Positions 1 through 11,674 of a stretch of 64,000 nt of DNA are shown here, piece by piece; the stretch's first letter is position 1, and each line of letters begins with the position of its first letter. The notes under the pieces were generated by a model. It was given only the letters and a program-made list of their open reading frames with translations. It searched no databases and was not told the DNA's origin. The position numbers and the translations under genes are program-made. The stretch is from positions 13,020,001 through 13,084,000 of the forward strand of contig NC_087251.1 of the NCBI RefSeq assembly GCF_037042905.1. The letters run 5' to 3'. Source of the stretch: Lytechinus pictus (Eukaryota).

Positions 1-1517
1 TTTGCGAGTTTCTTTATTGACATCACAATATGCACTGTACATACTTGTATCGTAGTGTTCAAAACAGAAATCAGTAGGCGATAATTGAGAGAGATGGAGG
101 GGGGGGTATTACATTACATGTACCAGAGAATATATCCAGAAAGAAATAATGTAAGTTACATAGGCCTACATACATTTAAATATAGTCGGGGCCATCCATC
201 ATATTTCCATAATGAACAATCTCCAAGTATGTTAATGCCTGTTATAGACCACTCAAAGCCTTCCACATGTCACTGATCGTGTGCATAATTCATCTCTACT
301 CTGTATGAAATGCATTTAATATGAGAACCTGGGAAGGAGTAGGCCGCCCACTCCATTCATAGTATATGAAGGATCTGCAATCTATTCATGTACGTTGTCA
401 TGATCAGTGTCCCCCTGCCGTGTGTATGTGTAATTTACCGGTATTAATTGATTCGCCCACTGTGAATGTGTACATTGTAGGTATGGATGAGAACTTGTAT
501 TGTGTATGAGGTACAGTATGAATGAAATAAATGATATTTGTTATACTGTGCAGCATATTTTATTGTAAAATGTGTTGATTTTGTGAGGTAAGAAACCCCA
601 GCTGGGAAATAGTGATTGATTTACTCCATATATTTTTTCCTCTACATTGTTTTGTTACATTGTGCTTTCAAGTAATGTACAAACGTCACATAAGTTTAAT
701 TTATTTAAACATTTTTTTACAAAAGATCATTGCGCGGAAGTACTATTAAAGCACACTTTTTACAATCATTAAAACCAACATTTTGAAGAAAGTTGTTATT
801 ATTCAAATTCAAGACATATTTTCATTTTAATTGTACATCTGAAGAAAACAATTACCAGGTATATTGATCCATAGCAATTTACTTACAATATTATACTGCA
901 TCAAGTTAAAACAAGTACATCACTACATGTTAAGCTCCTGAAGTGCCCCTTTTCATTACTTCAATGAAACCCTTGATTTTTAATGAACTGTTGATCAGTG
1001 TTTCCATGGTAGTTATTGCAAAATTACAGTGATAGTAAATTCAACAGGTTTACTCGTTTCTATAGATATAATCACTGACTTCCCCTCTTTCAGAATTTGT
1101 AATTTACCAACATCACCTCATCTTTTCAAGAATTAAAAGAAGGCCTCAAGTTTATTGGGGCATAGCCACTTTTCAAGTGGGCACACTGTCATGTTACAGC
1201 ACAAAGTCAGTTTGTTAATATGTCATGAAATTCTTTGGGTTTGCCCTCGGGTACTTCATATTCCAGTTACTCATAATTTTCTATGCAACTTACTGTATAA
1301 ACAGTTTTTATGAAATGAACTGCGTGGACATCTAAGTGAAAATATTACTATGGATGTCATCATGTCAGTACAAGTAAATGATCTTTCTGGTATGGAAGGG
1401 ACAAGTTGGAAAACATCCAAACATTTATAGAATCAATAGGATTTTATGATTAATTTGAATACTAGTGAAATATTTATTTTGTCATTTTTTCTGTCGAATT
1501 GTTATTATTTAATGCAG

Positions 1518-1615
1518 GACAATTCTCTATTCCCTTCTGGAGGTAGAAGTAATTGGAGCACAACAGAAGAGAACAGTTTGCTGGATGCAATTGAGTCATT
1601 TGGTTTTGGAAATTG
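1518..1615 (+). CDS. TADA2B: TADA2B exon (start of SANT): DNSLFPSGGRSNWSTTEENSLLDAIESFGFGN(W)
   Basis: tgcag| acceptor, |gtaag donor; 98 nt, phase 0 to 2; Ada2 SANT motif. Confidence 0.95.
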
Positions 1616-2290
1616 GTAAGAAATGCCACAAAGGGTTTGCTTGTGATTTCATTTCCAAATCCCCCATGATGTTTTGTCTAGAAATTGGAGGATCAGGAGA
1701 GAAAAGTTTTATTTACTGTTAAACAGTTTTTTTAGATACCTTATTTATGTCATTTTATTTAGGCTGTTTATCTTCATTATCATGGAAGGTATTTTAAATC
1801 AATTACCATGATTCAATGTTTTGCTCACTTTGTTGAATATCTAATACAGCTCATATTAATTTTTTAAATTAAAAATCAGTATTTGCATATTGCTTTTTGA
1901 AGATACTCATATTGTCTGCCTTCCATGTTACATACTGTAGATATCGTGTTTATCTTTATGTGTATTTTGCAAATTCATAAAATTCTCTAAATTCATGCAA
2001 ACCACTTGTAACTGTGATTTCATCATTTGGCTCATACTCATATAGATTTGTGATGCCATGCTATTCAAGTAGGGGAGACGGTGGCGCAATAAATCAATCC
2101 TCCTTTCCCTTTAACAGTATTGTCTACTGCTTGATCTAAACCTGTATGCCTGTGCTCGAATTTGTGCTACAGTCTCCTTTAAATATATGCCTAACTTAAT
2201 TTTTTAGAAGAGTAGAGCAGGATTATATAGACCTTGGTGAAGTCAATTATTTGTTTTGGTATTGATTTTCTTCATTTTTTTTCTTCACAG

Positions 2291-2382
2291 GGATGGAGTT
2301 GGTAACCATGTAGGCTCCAAGACAAAAGAAGAATGTTCTGACCATTATAACACTTTCTATGTACAGGGAAAGATAGGAAATG
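2291..2382 (+). CDS. TADA2B: TADA2B exon (SANT): (W)DGVGNHVGSKTKEECSDHYNTFYVQGKIGN
   Basis: Polypyrimidine tract plus cacag|, |gtaag donor; 92 nt, phase 2 to 1. Confidence 0.95.
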
Positions 2383-3415
2383 GTAAGTAATTCATCAACT
2401 AAATGTTGATGAGAAAATTCACCTTGTACTCTATATACTGGGAATATTTTTTTAAATAAATTATGACATTTGCCCTCAATAAAACTGACCTTCCTGGAAT
2501 GATTTGGCTTAGTTTCCTAGTTCATGTGAAAAATTCTAATGCTCTTAAATTACCTTGAATTAAGCTGTTCATGACATGAGATAAGAATGGAGCTAAATGT
2601 GGGTCAGATGTACCAATAGATCAATTACCTTATGGCATTGCCCCTGAAAAATGAGGACCAGAGATATAGACCTACAGGAAGAATTTTATCAAATAGATTG
2701 TCAGGATGCTTAAGATATGACTGTTCAATTGAAGGAATAGATAGCTTGTGCAAAGCATCTTACTTAGCAAAGGAGTGGAAGAATTGTCAGGAAATCATGG
2801 AGCGAATGTCAACAATTGACACATTGTTGGAATGGAAGGCATAAAGCACTTAATTATATCCCTTTGAAATTAATACTCTCTTCATTGTGCCAAATCACAA
2901 TATTTCGGTAATATCACCAATGCCCATCATTACGAACATTCTAAACCCCATGCCTGTATGCTTTAGAATCAAAGTTAGTTCCGTATTGGGCTTTTATAGA
3001 TTGGTGGCAGCCATAGCGATGCAATAAAATAAAGCCAATGCACATCTTTAACAAAAAAGGTCGAGCATTTTTCATCTTCATTATTAAAAGAGAAGTGACT
3101 GTAACCAAAACTATATGCATATATCAACATTTCTAGCTCTTTGAGGGATGTAGTATTTTGATGTGTCATTAAGATTTCAGGCTCACATACTGTAGAAGCT
3201 TCATTTTCCAGTTGTTAGTAAAGTCATGTGTAACTTTGCAAAGTTTGTCACTCGTAACAAATGAAGTTTGATGAAACAAATTATTATGATTTGGTTCACA
3301 AGATTTGCATGTTGAAATAATGACTTTTGATAAGTATACATTGATTGTAAAAAATGAGAAGAAAGTTTGATAGAAGTGTTTTTTTTTAAACCACTTTTTC
3401 ACCCTTTTCCTGCAG

Positions 3416-3472
3416 CAACATTACCCGAAACCCGATCTGTCAACTTTATAGACCACACAGGGCCAGAAGATG
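3416..3472 (+). CDS. TADA2B: TADA2B exon: (A)TLPETRSVNFIDHTGPED(G)
   Basis: cctgcag| and |gtaag; 57 nt, phase 1 to 1; matches the Ada2b VTDHT..GGPLSP segment. Confidence 0.93.
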
Positions 3473-3738
3473 GTAAGACTTCTGTTGTTAATTTCTCTCT
3501 CTCTCTCTTTTATCTTTCAGCCAGAAAATTATTCTTATATGAAAATCCCTTTTATGGTATCAATCTCGAGATGAAAGTATCACCAAATTGTCTTTTTTAT
3601 GAATAAAGACTATGTGCCAAATTATTTTGATACCGAATTCTATTAATTCCTTAAAAATCAGCAAAATAATCATGGTATTTCCTGCTAGGTGACCAGTCTT
3701 TTCTCAAGTAATAGTAATAAAAGTTCCCTCTTGCTTAA

Positions 3739-4129
3739 AGATAAATACCATTTGTGGTAACGATCTCAAAAAGAATTTAAACAGAATCCAATAAAATGAC
3801 CACCTAAGTGTTGTATGTATAAATAAAAGATATGTGCAGAATTGCACTGGAAAAAATGTATAATTGCTGAGAAATGAGGAAAATTAGCAAAGAACTCCAT
3901 TATATGTTGGGTATTTTTCCAAATAATTTTAATAAACCATCCCACATATGCCTTTTTGTGTTAGTGATCATCAGAATTATTGGTTTTCAGCCAAGATTTC
4001 ATGATTTCACACAGATAAGTTTATTTAAATATACCAAAACTAGATCTATGATAATATGCTAGCATTTGACCTTGATTTTAAAGACTTTTTCACGAAATAA
4101 TTATTTGCTGCATCTACTTTCTTTTACCT
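3739..4129. mobile_element. TTAA-flanked MITE (Kolobok-like ends AG...CT)
   Basis: ttaa|agataaatacc ... tttacct|ttaa. Related copy at 24143-24579; fragments at about 4140-4302 and 53500-53643. Confidence 0.55.
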
Positions 4130-4427
4130 TTAACTGTGTTGACGTTCTTGTGTATGATGGCTTTTCAGCAAAGATTTCATTATTTCACAAAGTTTGAATT
4201 TACTATGTTTAGCCGGACAGTGATACGGTTACAATCAGCCTTAATTATAAAGATTTTCTCATGAAATTATTGCTTGCTGCAACTACTAACTTTTAGCTTT
4301 AAATTCTCACAGCCATTTGCTATGTTACTTTTCTGTAGGTGAGGTTTCAACTTTATTACATTTTTAGTATTTTTAGTACTTGCTTGTTAAACCTCTCACT
4401 GCATATTTTGTATCCTTTGTGTTTTAG

Positions 4428-4531
4428 GGCCATTATCTCCTACATTAGGATTAACATTCAAGCCCGTCGACCTGACGACATCAGAGCAACAAGAACTATG
4501 CTACATGCCATTAAGAGATGACTTTGAAAGG
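4428..4531 (+). CDS. TADA2B: TADA2B exon: (G)PLSPTLGLTFKPVDLTTSEQQELCYMPLRDDFER
   Basis: ttttag| and |gtagg; 104 nt, phase 1 to 0; Ada box YMPLRDD. Confidence 0.95.
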
Positions 4532-4942
4532 GTAGGTCAATGAAGTGCTACATAGATTTATTTTCACAGCATTTGTATACATATGCAAATTCTGTTAATT
4601 ATAATAGCAAAAATGAAACAAATCTGTCACAAAATGTCCCAACTAGTAGAAATTATCAAAATATGTATGTATGTTTTATTTTTATTTTTTAAGTGCATAT
4701 TGACAAACTACACCTTTAAGAATTACAGGGTGGCATCTGCATCAATAGTCCTTTTTATTGATGCCATAAGAATAATTTTTGGAAAGAATGTTGTATCTTT
4801 GAAAGAGCAATAGCTTGCTAACTAAACTAGCATTTTAGTCAGCAAGTGTTAAAATCAAAATGAATATGGTGCTTGCTGGACCAATATATTTTTTTCACCA
4901 AATAAATTCTTATTGCTCTTTTTGCTTTTGTCTTCTAACCAG

Positions 4943-5015
4943 GAATTCGATAATGATGCAGAAACACTTATTAGCAACTTAGCAATAACATCAGAGGATG
5001 ATGAATTAGATATAT
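4943..5015 (+). CDS. TADA2B: TADA2B exon: EFDNDAETLISNLAITSEDDELDI
   Basis: ctaaccag| and |gtaag; 73 nt, phase 0 to 1. Confidence 0.95.
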
Positions 5016-5656
5016 GTAAGTATCATGACAACAGTGTTAACAAATATGTAATACTTGTATCTGAAAGGGCATTCAGATATGAGATGTGATTAGTCTTCAG
5101 CTAGTCAATAGTCACATGATATCAATTACATGGTCAATTATATGATCCATAAATTGCACCTTTTGTGAATTCACAGGTCAATCCACACAAATGTTTTAGT
5201 ATGTATAGTAGTAGAAATGTAACAAATCATGAAACTTAACCCTTGGAAACCTGACAACCTTGTCAATTTAACTTAACAGGAAACTCTTTGTTCTGTTCAT
5301 AGAATGTGCCAAGCAGGCCAAGATGCTGTAAATTCTGAAATTTCTTTTTAAAAATACAACTAATGTGATTATTAGGCTTTCTAGAGATTGTTTAGATCAC
5401 ACATACTAAATTGTACCCAAAAGATTGCAACTCAATCTAAAAAGTAGTGAGAACAAGTTTTGGCTACTGTGAGATATGAAAATGAAGAAAAAAATGAATA
5501 TGAACCTGTCACCTATTGTTTGCTGGTCAGTGACTCTACCTACTTGACCACTTCTAGTCCATGACACAGTCCTGACAAACCAAAAGCTCATAAATGTATA
5601 TCTTTATAATTGAAACAGAATGTGTTTACAGCACTCCCATTTCTGTTTATCTACAG

Positions 5657-5824
5657 CACTCAAGCTAGCTCATGTAGATATGTATTCAAAGAGATTAAAG
5701 GAGAGAGGTAGAAGGAAAACAATATCTAGAGAGAATGGTCTTATCAACGCTGCAGTGTCAACAGCAACAACAGCTTCACCTGGACCTCCTCCGTCTTCAT
5801 CATCACAAAAACAAAAGTCAGCTT
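5657..5824 (+). CDS. TADA2B: TADA2B exon: (S)LKLAHVDMYSKRLKERGRRKTISRENGLINAAVSTATTASPGPPPSSSSQKQKSA
   Basis: ctacag| and |gtaag; 168 nt, phase 1 to 1; overlaps track ORF 5620..5877. Confidence 0.93.
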
Positions 5825-5859
5825 GTAAGTTGGATGTTCAGGTTTTGATAATGACCATT

Positions 5860-6245
5860 TATTTATACCATTTTTAAAGATAGACAGAATTACAACAATG
5901 TTCATAGGTACGATACAACAAACATAATACAAGTTAAAGAGAGTGCTTTGAAGGAGTATAAACTTGTAGGTAGGGCTCCCTACAAGTGAACAAGTAAGAA
6001 TCGATCATCACAACAGGATATCCAAGAGTATTTGATATCATTATATGCAAATCATAGAAAAAGGTCATGAATACTCCAATGAATTATGTGTATACATTTA
6101 GTGCTGTGATACTTGCTCTGTGATGTCAAAGAGTTAATGGTGCTACTGTACGTATTCAAAATGTCAAAGGTTTCTGAATAAACATAAATCTTCAACAAAG
6201 ATTTTTTAAATGAGAGGAAGCTTTCCATATTGCTCTGATAGTGTT
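5860..6245 (-). mobile_element. Possible degenerate LINE (L2/CR1-group) 3' end
   Basis: The minus strand reads ESFLSFKKSLLK, like an RT-ORF C-terminus, then a stem-loop (ttgtagg...cctacaa) and an aataaa-type tail. Confidence 0.35.
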
Positions 6246-6254
6246 TTAAAAACG

Positions 6255-6630
6255 GTTTGATGAGTAATAGCATAAGATAGTTGAGATGCTGCTGAGTCAT
6301 TGAAGATCTCAGTTAGCTCTTTGTGTTCTTCACAGCAATGGAGGAGCACTCACTAGCTGTCTTCTTCTCTGGAATAACTAAAATTTGCTTCAGGAGAGTG
6401 CATACTTGAGATAGTGATCATGGTCCCAGTCCTCAGGTGTAATAACCTTTGGCAATGTCTTATATTGGTTGTAAGTTTTGAAAGTGGCTTTCATGGTCTA
6501 TATCTAGTAGGGGTCTTGGATCATACTTTGAGATCAATTCTTTGTCCACTTTATGATAGTTGCAGGTTTTGGACAGCAGCTAACAAAGTTTTGCATACCC
6601 TTCATACCAGTCTTGTTTGAATCTGTTTTG
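6255..6630 (-). pseudogene. hAT transposase fossil (C-terminal dimerisation domain, ZMYM1/Tip100-like)
   Basis: Minus-strand translation: QNRFKQDWYEGYAKLC*LLSKTC... then SLSQVCTLLKQILVIPEKKTASECSSIAVKNTKS*LRSSMTQQHLNYLMLL. This is a decayed match to hATC (L..P.T.A..ERSFS.L...K..LRSTM.Q.RLN.LMLL), with stop codons. Confidence 0.8.
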
Positions 6631-6914
6631 AGTTTAGCTCTTCACCTTTTCAATTCATTTATTAATCATAAAACCATAGCAACCTAAATGGAAGACATCA
6701 ATACTAAGAACAAAACAGTCTTTATTCTAAATAAATAAAATACAGGTTGCATACACAGTAATGGTCAGGAACAAAGGTGGTTTTAATGGAGGTCCTGCAT
6801 ACAGGTACATGCAAATTATATGAACATATGAAGAGTTTGGTTGCAAAAGGGGATAGGTCCAATTTGGACCATTCAGAGAAAAACCATGTTTTTATTCTCA
6901 CTCATTGCAATATG

Positions 6915-7076
6915 ATAATAATAATGATAATAGCTGGATCTATATAGCACTTTTTGCCTGAGGATACAAAGCGTTTTTTCTATTATTACCCCGGCTTTAG
7001 CTCGAGCTACCATCACCGGCGCTCATTGCATGCAAGGATTGAATCCTGCCGGGTACCCATTCACCTCACCTGGGGT
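6915..7076 (-). mobile_element. 5'-truncated tRNA-derived SINE (3' half)
   Basis: Shares the core cgggtacccattcacc.cacctggg and the tail with the SINEs at 8225 and 48183. Confidence 0.7.
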
Positions 7077-7695
7077 AGTCGTCATCCCCTTTGCGGGCCT
7101 TGGCACTGTAGGATCACAAGAATCACTGGCAGCTCCCCTGTGTGTGGATAGGCTCTCACCTGGCCGATCGTTTCGATGCTTGGGAACACCAGTAGATACG
7201 GCTGATAGAGCTCTGCAGAACAAGTCCATACCGCTCTAAGGCGTCATGAATCATTTTAATGAAGTGTGACGCCCAAGACTCTAGGCAAAAAGAGGCAAGA
7301 CTGCCTGATTCGTGGGGGCTTACGTTCTTGTGACTCCTCCTTATTCTTCTTTATGGGGGGCTCCTCGGGAGGAGAAGGTACTCGGGAGGAGAAGGTACAA
7401 GAGGCTCTGGGCCTGGCTGAGGTTCCTTGTCAGCCACCGTCCTGGGAAATTAAAAGCGAAATTTGTTATTACCATTCATAATGTCATTAATTCAATCCTC
7501 ACCACACAATCTAATTCATTCCATACTGTATGATGTTCACTTAAAAATTACGTAAAGAATTGTGTGTTTTATATAAAATTAACTCCAGATAATTTCAACT
7601 GTTCTTTCTGGTTATGTTATGAATACAACAAAAATAAGCAAATCTTCATCTTTTATAGTTAATTTTTTCCCCTGTCTTCTCCTTCTGATTTCCAG

Positions 7696-7806
7696 CTCAA
7701 AAACGCAAGCCTTCCAAGGAGGAGTTAGAGTTCCGGGAGAAGCTGAGACCATTAGTTAGATTCATCCCTTCCACAGACCTTGAAGAAATGTTTGATAATA
7801 TACAGA
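7696..7806 (+). CDS. TADA2B: TADA2B exon: (S)QKRKPSKEELEFREKLRPLVRFIPSTDLEEMFDNIQ
   Basis: ttccag| and |gtaag; 111 nt, phase 1 to 1. Confidence 0.94.
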
Positions 7807-8224
7807 GTAAGTATCATGCTGTCTAATCCATATCAATTCCCAAATGTAGATATATCTTAGAAGATGTTGTGGTCTTGTGAAATGTTCTTTAGAATATCAA
7901 GGTACAGGATACACATCCCAGGTATGTCACTAGGATCCTTTCCAAAACATTTTAATTTACTTTTCACTTTTTTCACTGTTAACTTTGACTTGAGTGAGGA
8001 AGATAAAACCATTTGGCCCCCAGTACCTACAGTAAAACAACTCAACTTACGACTTGAGAAAAGGGTTACTTGTTACCCCATGATGCTACCCCTATATTGT
8101 TGTTGAGTTGGTCTAAACATTTTTGAAACATTCAAGCTACTTCTTCCCCTTTTTACCTTTGATTTGAGTGAGAAAGATGAAATTTATATTTCTGTATCTA
8201 CAGTGAAACAGCTTGACATATGGT

Positions 8225-8577
8225 GGAGGAGCTGTGGTGTAGTGGTTCTGACTCTCGCCTTGTAAATAGAGGGTCGTGTGTTCGAATCCCCCCACGGTCG
8301 GGCGTCCTTTGGCAAGGCGTTAATCCACACTTTGCCACTCTCGAACCAGGTGCTAAATGGGTACCCGGTAGGATGTGAAAGTCATTGTAGCTTGTCCAGT
8401 ATTGTGTGCGCCTCACCAGCGACTGACTGGAATACTCCACAGGGAGTGGAGGATGTGCACACATTGTGTGCGGGAATGACTGATTGAATCCGATGACCGG
8501 GGTAATAATATATCTGTAAAGCGCTTAGACACGTCGTTCCGATGTATTAAGCGCTATATAAAAGCGGATTATTTTTA
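8225..8577 (+). mobile_element. Full-length tRNA-derived SINE with L2-like 3' tail
   Basis: A box TGGTGTAGTGG (8235), B box GTTCGAATCC (8280), core ccaggtgctaaatgggtacc, tail tgtaaagcgcttaga...aagcgctatataaa..gattatt. Confidence 0.85.
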
Positions 8578-9184
8578 TGGATTGACAAAAGGGGAACTTG
8601 TTAACAACAAATTTGTACATTTCATGCTCATTTTGATCTCTAATAACTGGCAAGGGAAGAAGTACATTCTAAGAAACTCTAAGAATATTTCCAGACAAAT
8701 TGGTTACCATTTAAACCATTTTTGAAAGAACAACAAATAGTAAAAAATCACTGAATGAGACAGGTTTTAAGATTTAGATATTCAATGATAGATTGATCTT
8801 GTATATGTGTGCTATTGAATTTTACAGACATGTATCAATCAGATATGATTATTTACTTCTGGGGCCAACCATCTAAATAAGCGAATTTGAAGTTCCACTC
8901 TGCGCATGATCAGAAGATTCTGTTCATGATCAGAGGAGGGTCATTAAAGTGCTATAGTAGTTTGAAATTTAATGAGATAAGCACCAACTTTAATGTCGTG
9001 ATTATTCATATATTCTTTTGAATTATGTTTTTCATTTACATCCACAAGCAACAACAATGCATCTACGAACGGCTGGTATTTTACTGTTTGCCATGTACAT
9101 TGTACAACATGCTATTAATATGCATTCAAAGTAGAAATGCAACAAATACCTTCATAGAGTGTTCATTGGTATGCTATTCTAGTC

Positions 9185-11266
9185 ACCTGGGGTGGTATTC
9201 TGAAAACGTTCTTATCTTTGTTCTTATCTTTTATCTTATCTCATTGAGATAAGAAGACGCTAAAATCATTGCAAATCGGTATTCTGAAAATCTTCTTAAC
9301 GCGTTCTTATCTCTGTAAGGACTGCCTCCTTCTTATCTTCAACACGCCCATTTTTAGGATATTACCAATCAAAATGCGCTTTATATTGGCAGTTTAACCA
9401 ATAGAAGCGTTCCTTATGTCAAGAGAATCATGGGCGCTGCGCGTACACTGTTTCTGGCCAATTGCGCGAAATAGGCATTTTATACGCAATGACTGATTAT
9501 TATTTCGAGACACGTGCACAATTAAAGAAAGAAAGAAAGAAAGTAACGAAAAAAAGTTAATAAAGCATGTACGAATAAAGAATAAAATAGGAAGAAAGAA
9601 AGTAAGTATGTAAGAAAGGAGACAGAAAATGGTCAGAATGAAGCAGAAATGAAAAAAAATAGAAATAAAAGGAACAAAGCAGAAAATAATGAAAGAAAGA
9701 GTAAACGAAAGAAAGCAAGAAGAAAGAGCTTTAAAAAAATTAAAAGAAAGAAAAAAGAATGAATAAAAGAAATAAAAAGGAGGAGAAATAGAACGATTAT
9801 CAATGATAAAGTGAGCAATAAAAATGAAGGTAAAAATAAAGAAAGAAAGAAACGGAAAGAAAGAAACTTAAAGGAAAAAAACGAAAAAGGACAAAATAAA
9901 AAGATTAACAAGGATAAAATGAAGGAATAAAGAATCAAAAAAAGAAACGAGTCAGAAAAAAACAAGTGAAAGAAAGTAAGAAAGAAAGAAAGAAAGAAAA
10001 GGAAGGAAGGAATAAAAAACGTAAAAAGTGAAGGAAGAGAGAAAAAAGGACAATGAAACAAAGAAAGAGAGAGAGAGAAAGAAAGAAAAAGATAGGAGAG
10101 AAAAGATAAAAGAGAAATTAAAGCAAAAATAAAGACTAAAGAAAGATAAATCGAAAAAAAGGTAAATTCAAAGAAAGGAAGATAAAGAACGAAAAGGGAA
10201 AATAAAAAGACAGGAAAAATGAAGAATGAATTTTTAAAAAAAGAAACGAAGAAAAAATAATGGAAAGAATAAAGAAAAAGATTTTAAGAAATCAAAAGAA
10301 AGAAAGTAAGACACAAAAGTGTCAGCAAGCAGAAAAAAATGAAAGAAAGAACAAACGAACAAAAAAAACGAACCAAACAAATAAAAAGAAAAAAATAATA
10401 AAAGAAAGATAACAAAGACGAATAAGGGGAAAGATTTTAAAATTAAGGGAAGGAAGAAAGAAAGAAAAGGGAAAAAATAAAATGAATGAATAAAAAGGGG
10501 GAAAAACAAATATAAAGACGAAATAATAGATGAAAAAAAGAAAAAGAAGGAAGAAATATGAGATTACAAAAAAAATGAAGGAAGAAAGAAAAGGAAAAAA
10601 AAGAAAGAAAAAGAAAGAAACAGAGGAAAGGGGGAAAAGCAATAATAAAGAGTCAGGAAAAAAAAAAAGGAAAAAAACGAGAAGGGAAAATAAAAAAGGA
10701 TGAAAGATGAAGAATAAAAGAAACAAAGCAAAATAAAAATAGGAAGAAATTAACAAGTTCAAAAGAATAAAAACAAAGATATAAAAGAAGAATGAAAGAA
10801 AGGAAGAAAGACAGAAAGGAAGAAAAATAGAAAATAAACAAAGAAAGAAAAAAGAGACACAAAACAAAATAAAGGGTGGATGAAAGAAAGGGTGGGAAGA
10901 ATACTTGTTACAACCAGTGGCCATCTATTTTGAGCAAGAAAGAACGCGGACATCATGAAATGTGATAAGCCTCTAGCTATCTTAAATATTATCATAAATA
11001 TCATGAAAGATAAGAAAGAAAAAAGATTAGAAAGTTTTCAGAATACCACTTATTTTTATTTTGTTCTTATCTCTTTAGCGCGCTTTTGTATTGTATGCGT
11101 GAGTAATGAATTTACGCGCTCAGCATAGGATGGAAAGCAAGATAAGAAAGAGATAAGAACAAAAGATAAGAAAAAGATAAGAACGTTTTCAGAATACCAA
11201 TTTGAGATCGTGACGTAGATAAGAACAAAATTAAGATAAGAACGTTTTCAGAATACCGCCCCAGGT
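9185..11266. mobile_element. Non-autonomous TIR element (about 2.1 kb) with a polypurine core
   Basis: TIRs acctgggg(t/c)ggtattctgaaaacgttcttatct at both ends; subterminal ttcttatct/agataagaa repeats; core 9523-10900 is strongly A/G. Confidence 0.8.
9523..10900 (+). repeat. A/G-rich low-complexity tract (degenerate GAAA/GAAAA)
   Basis: Seen directly; it produces the spurious Phe/Leu/Ser ORFs on the minus strand. Confidence 0.95.
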
Positions 11267-11602
11267 CTATTCAATTTCTTCATCCTGATATGTAAGGCAT
11301 GCTTACATAATATCTTGCTTTGAAATCTGCCTATGATAATGAAAGAAATGAAAGCTCCTTTGACCAAAATTATTCATAAAGTAACTATGAACTGGTCTAT
11401 TAAAGAACGTGACTGGGCTTGGACATTAAACCTATGCATCAATTCATAGCTTCCCCACTCAGCTTGAATTAAAAGTGCATCCCACAATGCCCAGCTCTTG
11501 TCCTGCCCTCAGTTTACTTGGTGATTTTTTTTTTTTACTTTTTCAAGATAGAATTCTAGCTTTAAATAGTTTTGGTGCCAATGTTCATGTTCATCTTTGC
11601 AG

Positions 11603-11674
11603 AAGAGAAAGAAATTAAATCAAGAATAAAAGAAGTGGTCAGATGTAGAAGAAATGGAATCACAAAATTAAAAG
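11603..11674 (+). CDS. TADA2B: TADA2B exon: (K)EKEIKSRIKEVVRCRRNGITKLK
   Basis: ttgcag| and |gtaag; 72 nt, phase 1 to 1; RRNGITK motif. Confidence 0.94.

Noticed and set aside
481-860. Possible upstream TADA2B exons (MDENLYCV at 483, AG/GT-bounded 554-587, NNYQ|gt at about 858)
   Set aside because: In-frame stops or no ZZ-finger Cys/His pattern. The true N-terminal exons must lie before the window.
8225-8300. tRNA gene
   Set aside because: A and B boxes continue into a SINE core and LINE-like tail, with no proper acceptor stem or terminator. The same applies to 48390-48466.
9633-11004. Long Phe/Leu/Ser-rich minus-strand ORFs (up to 200 aa) that look like membrane proteins
   Set aside because: They are translations of the polypurine low-complexity tract.
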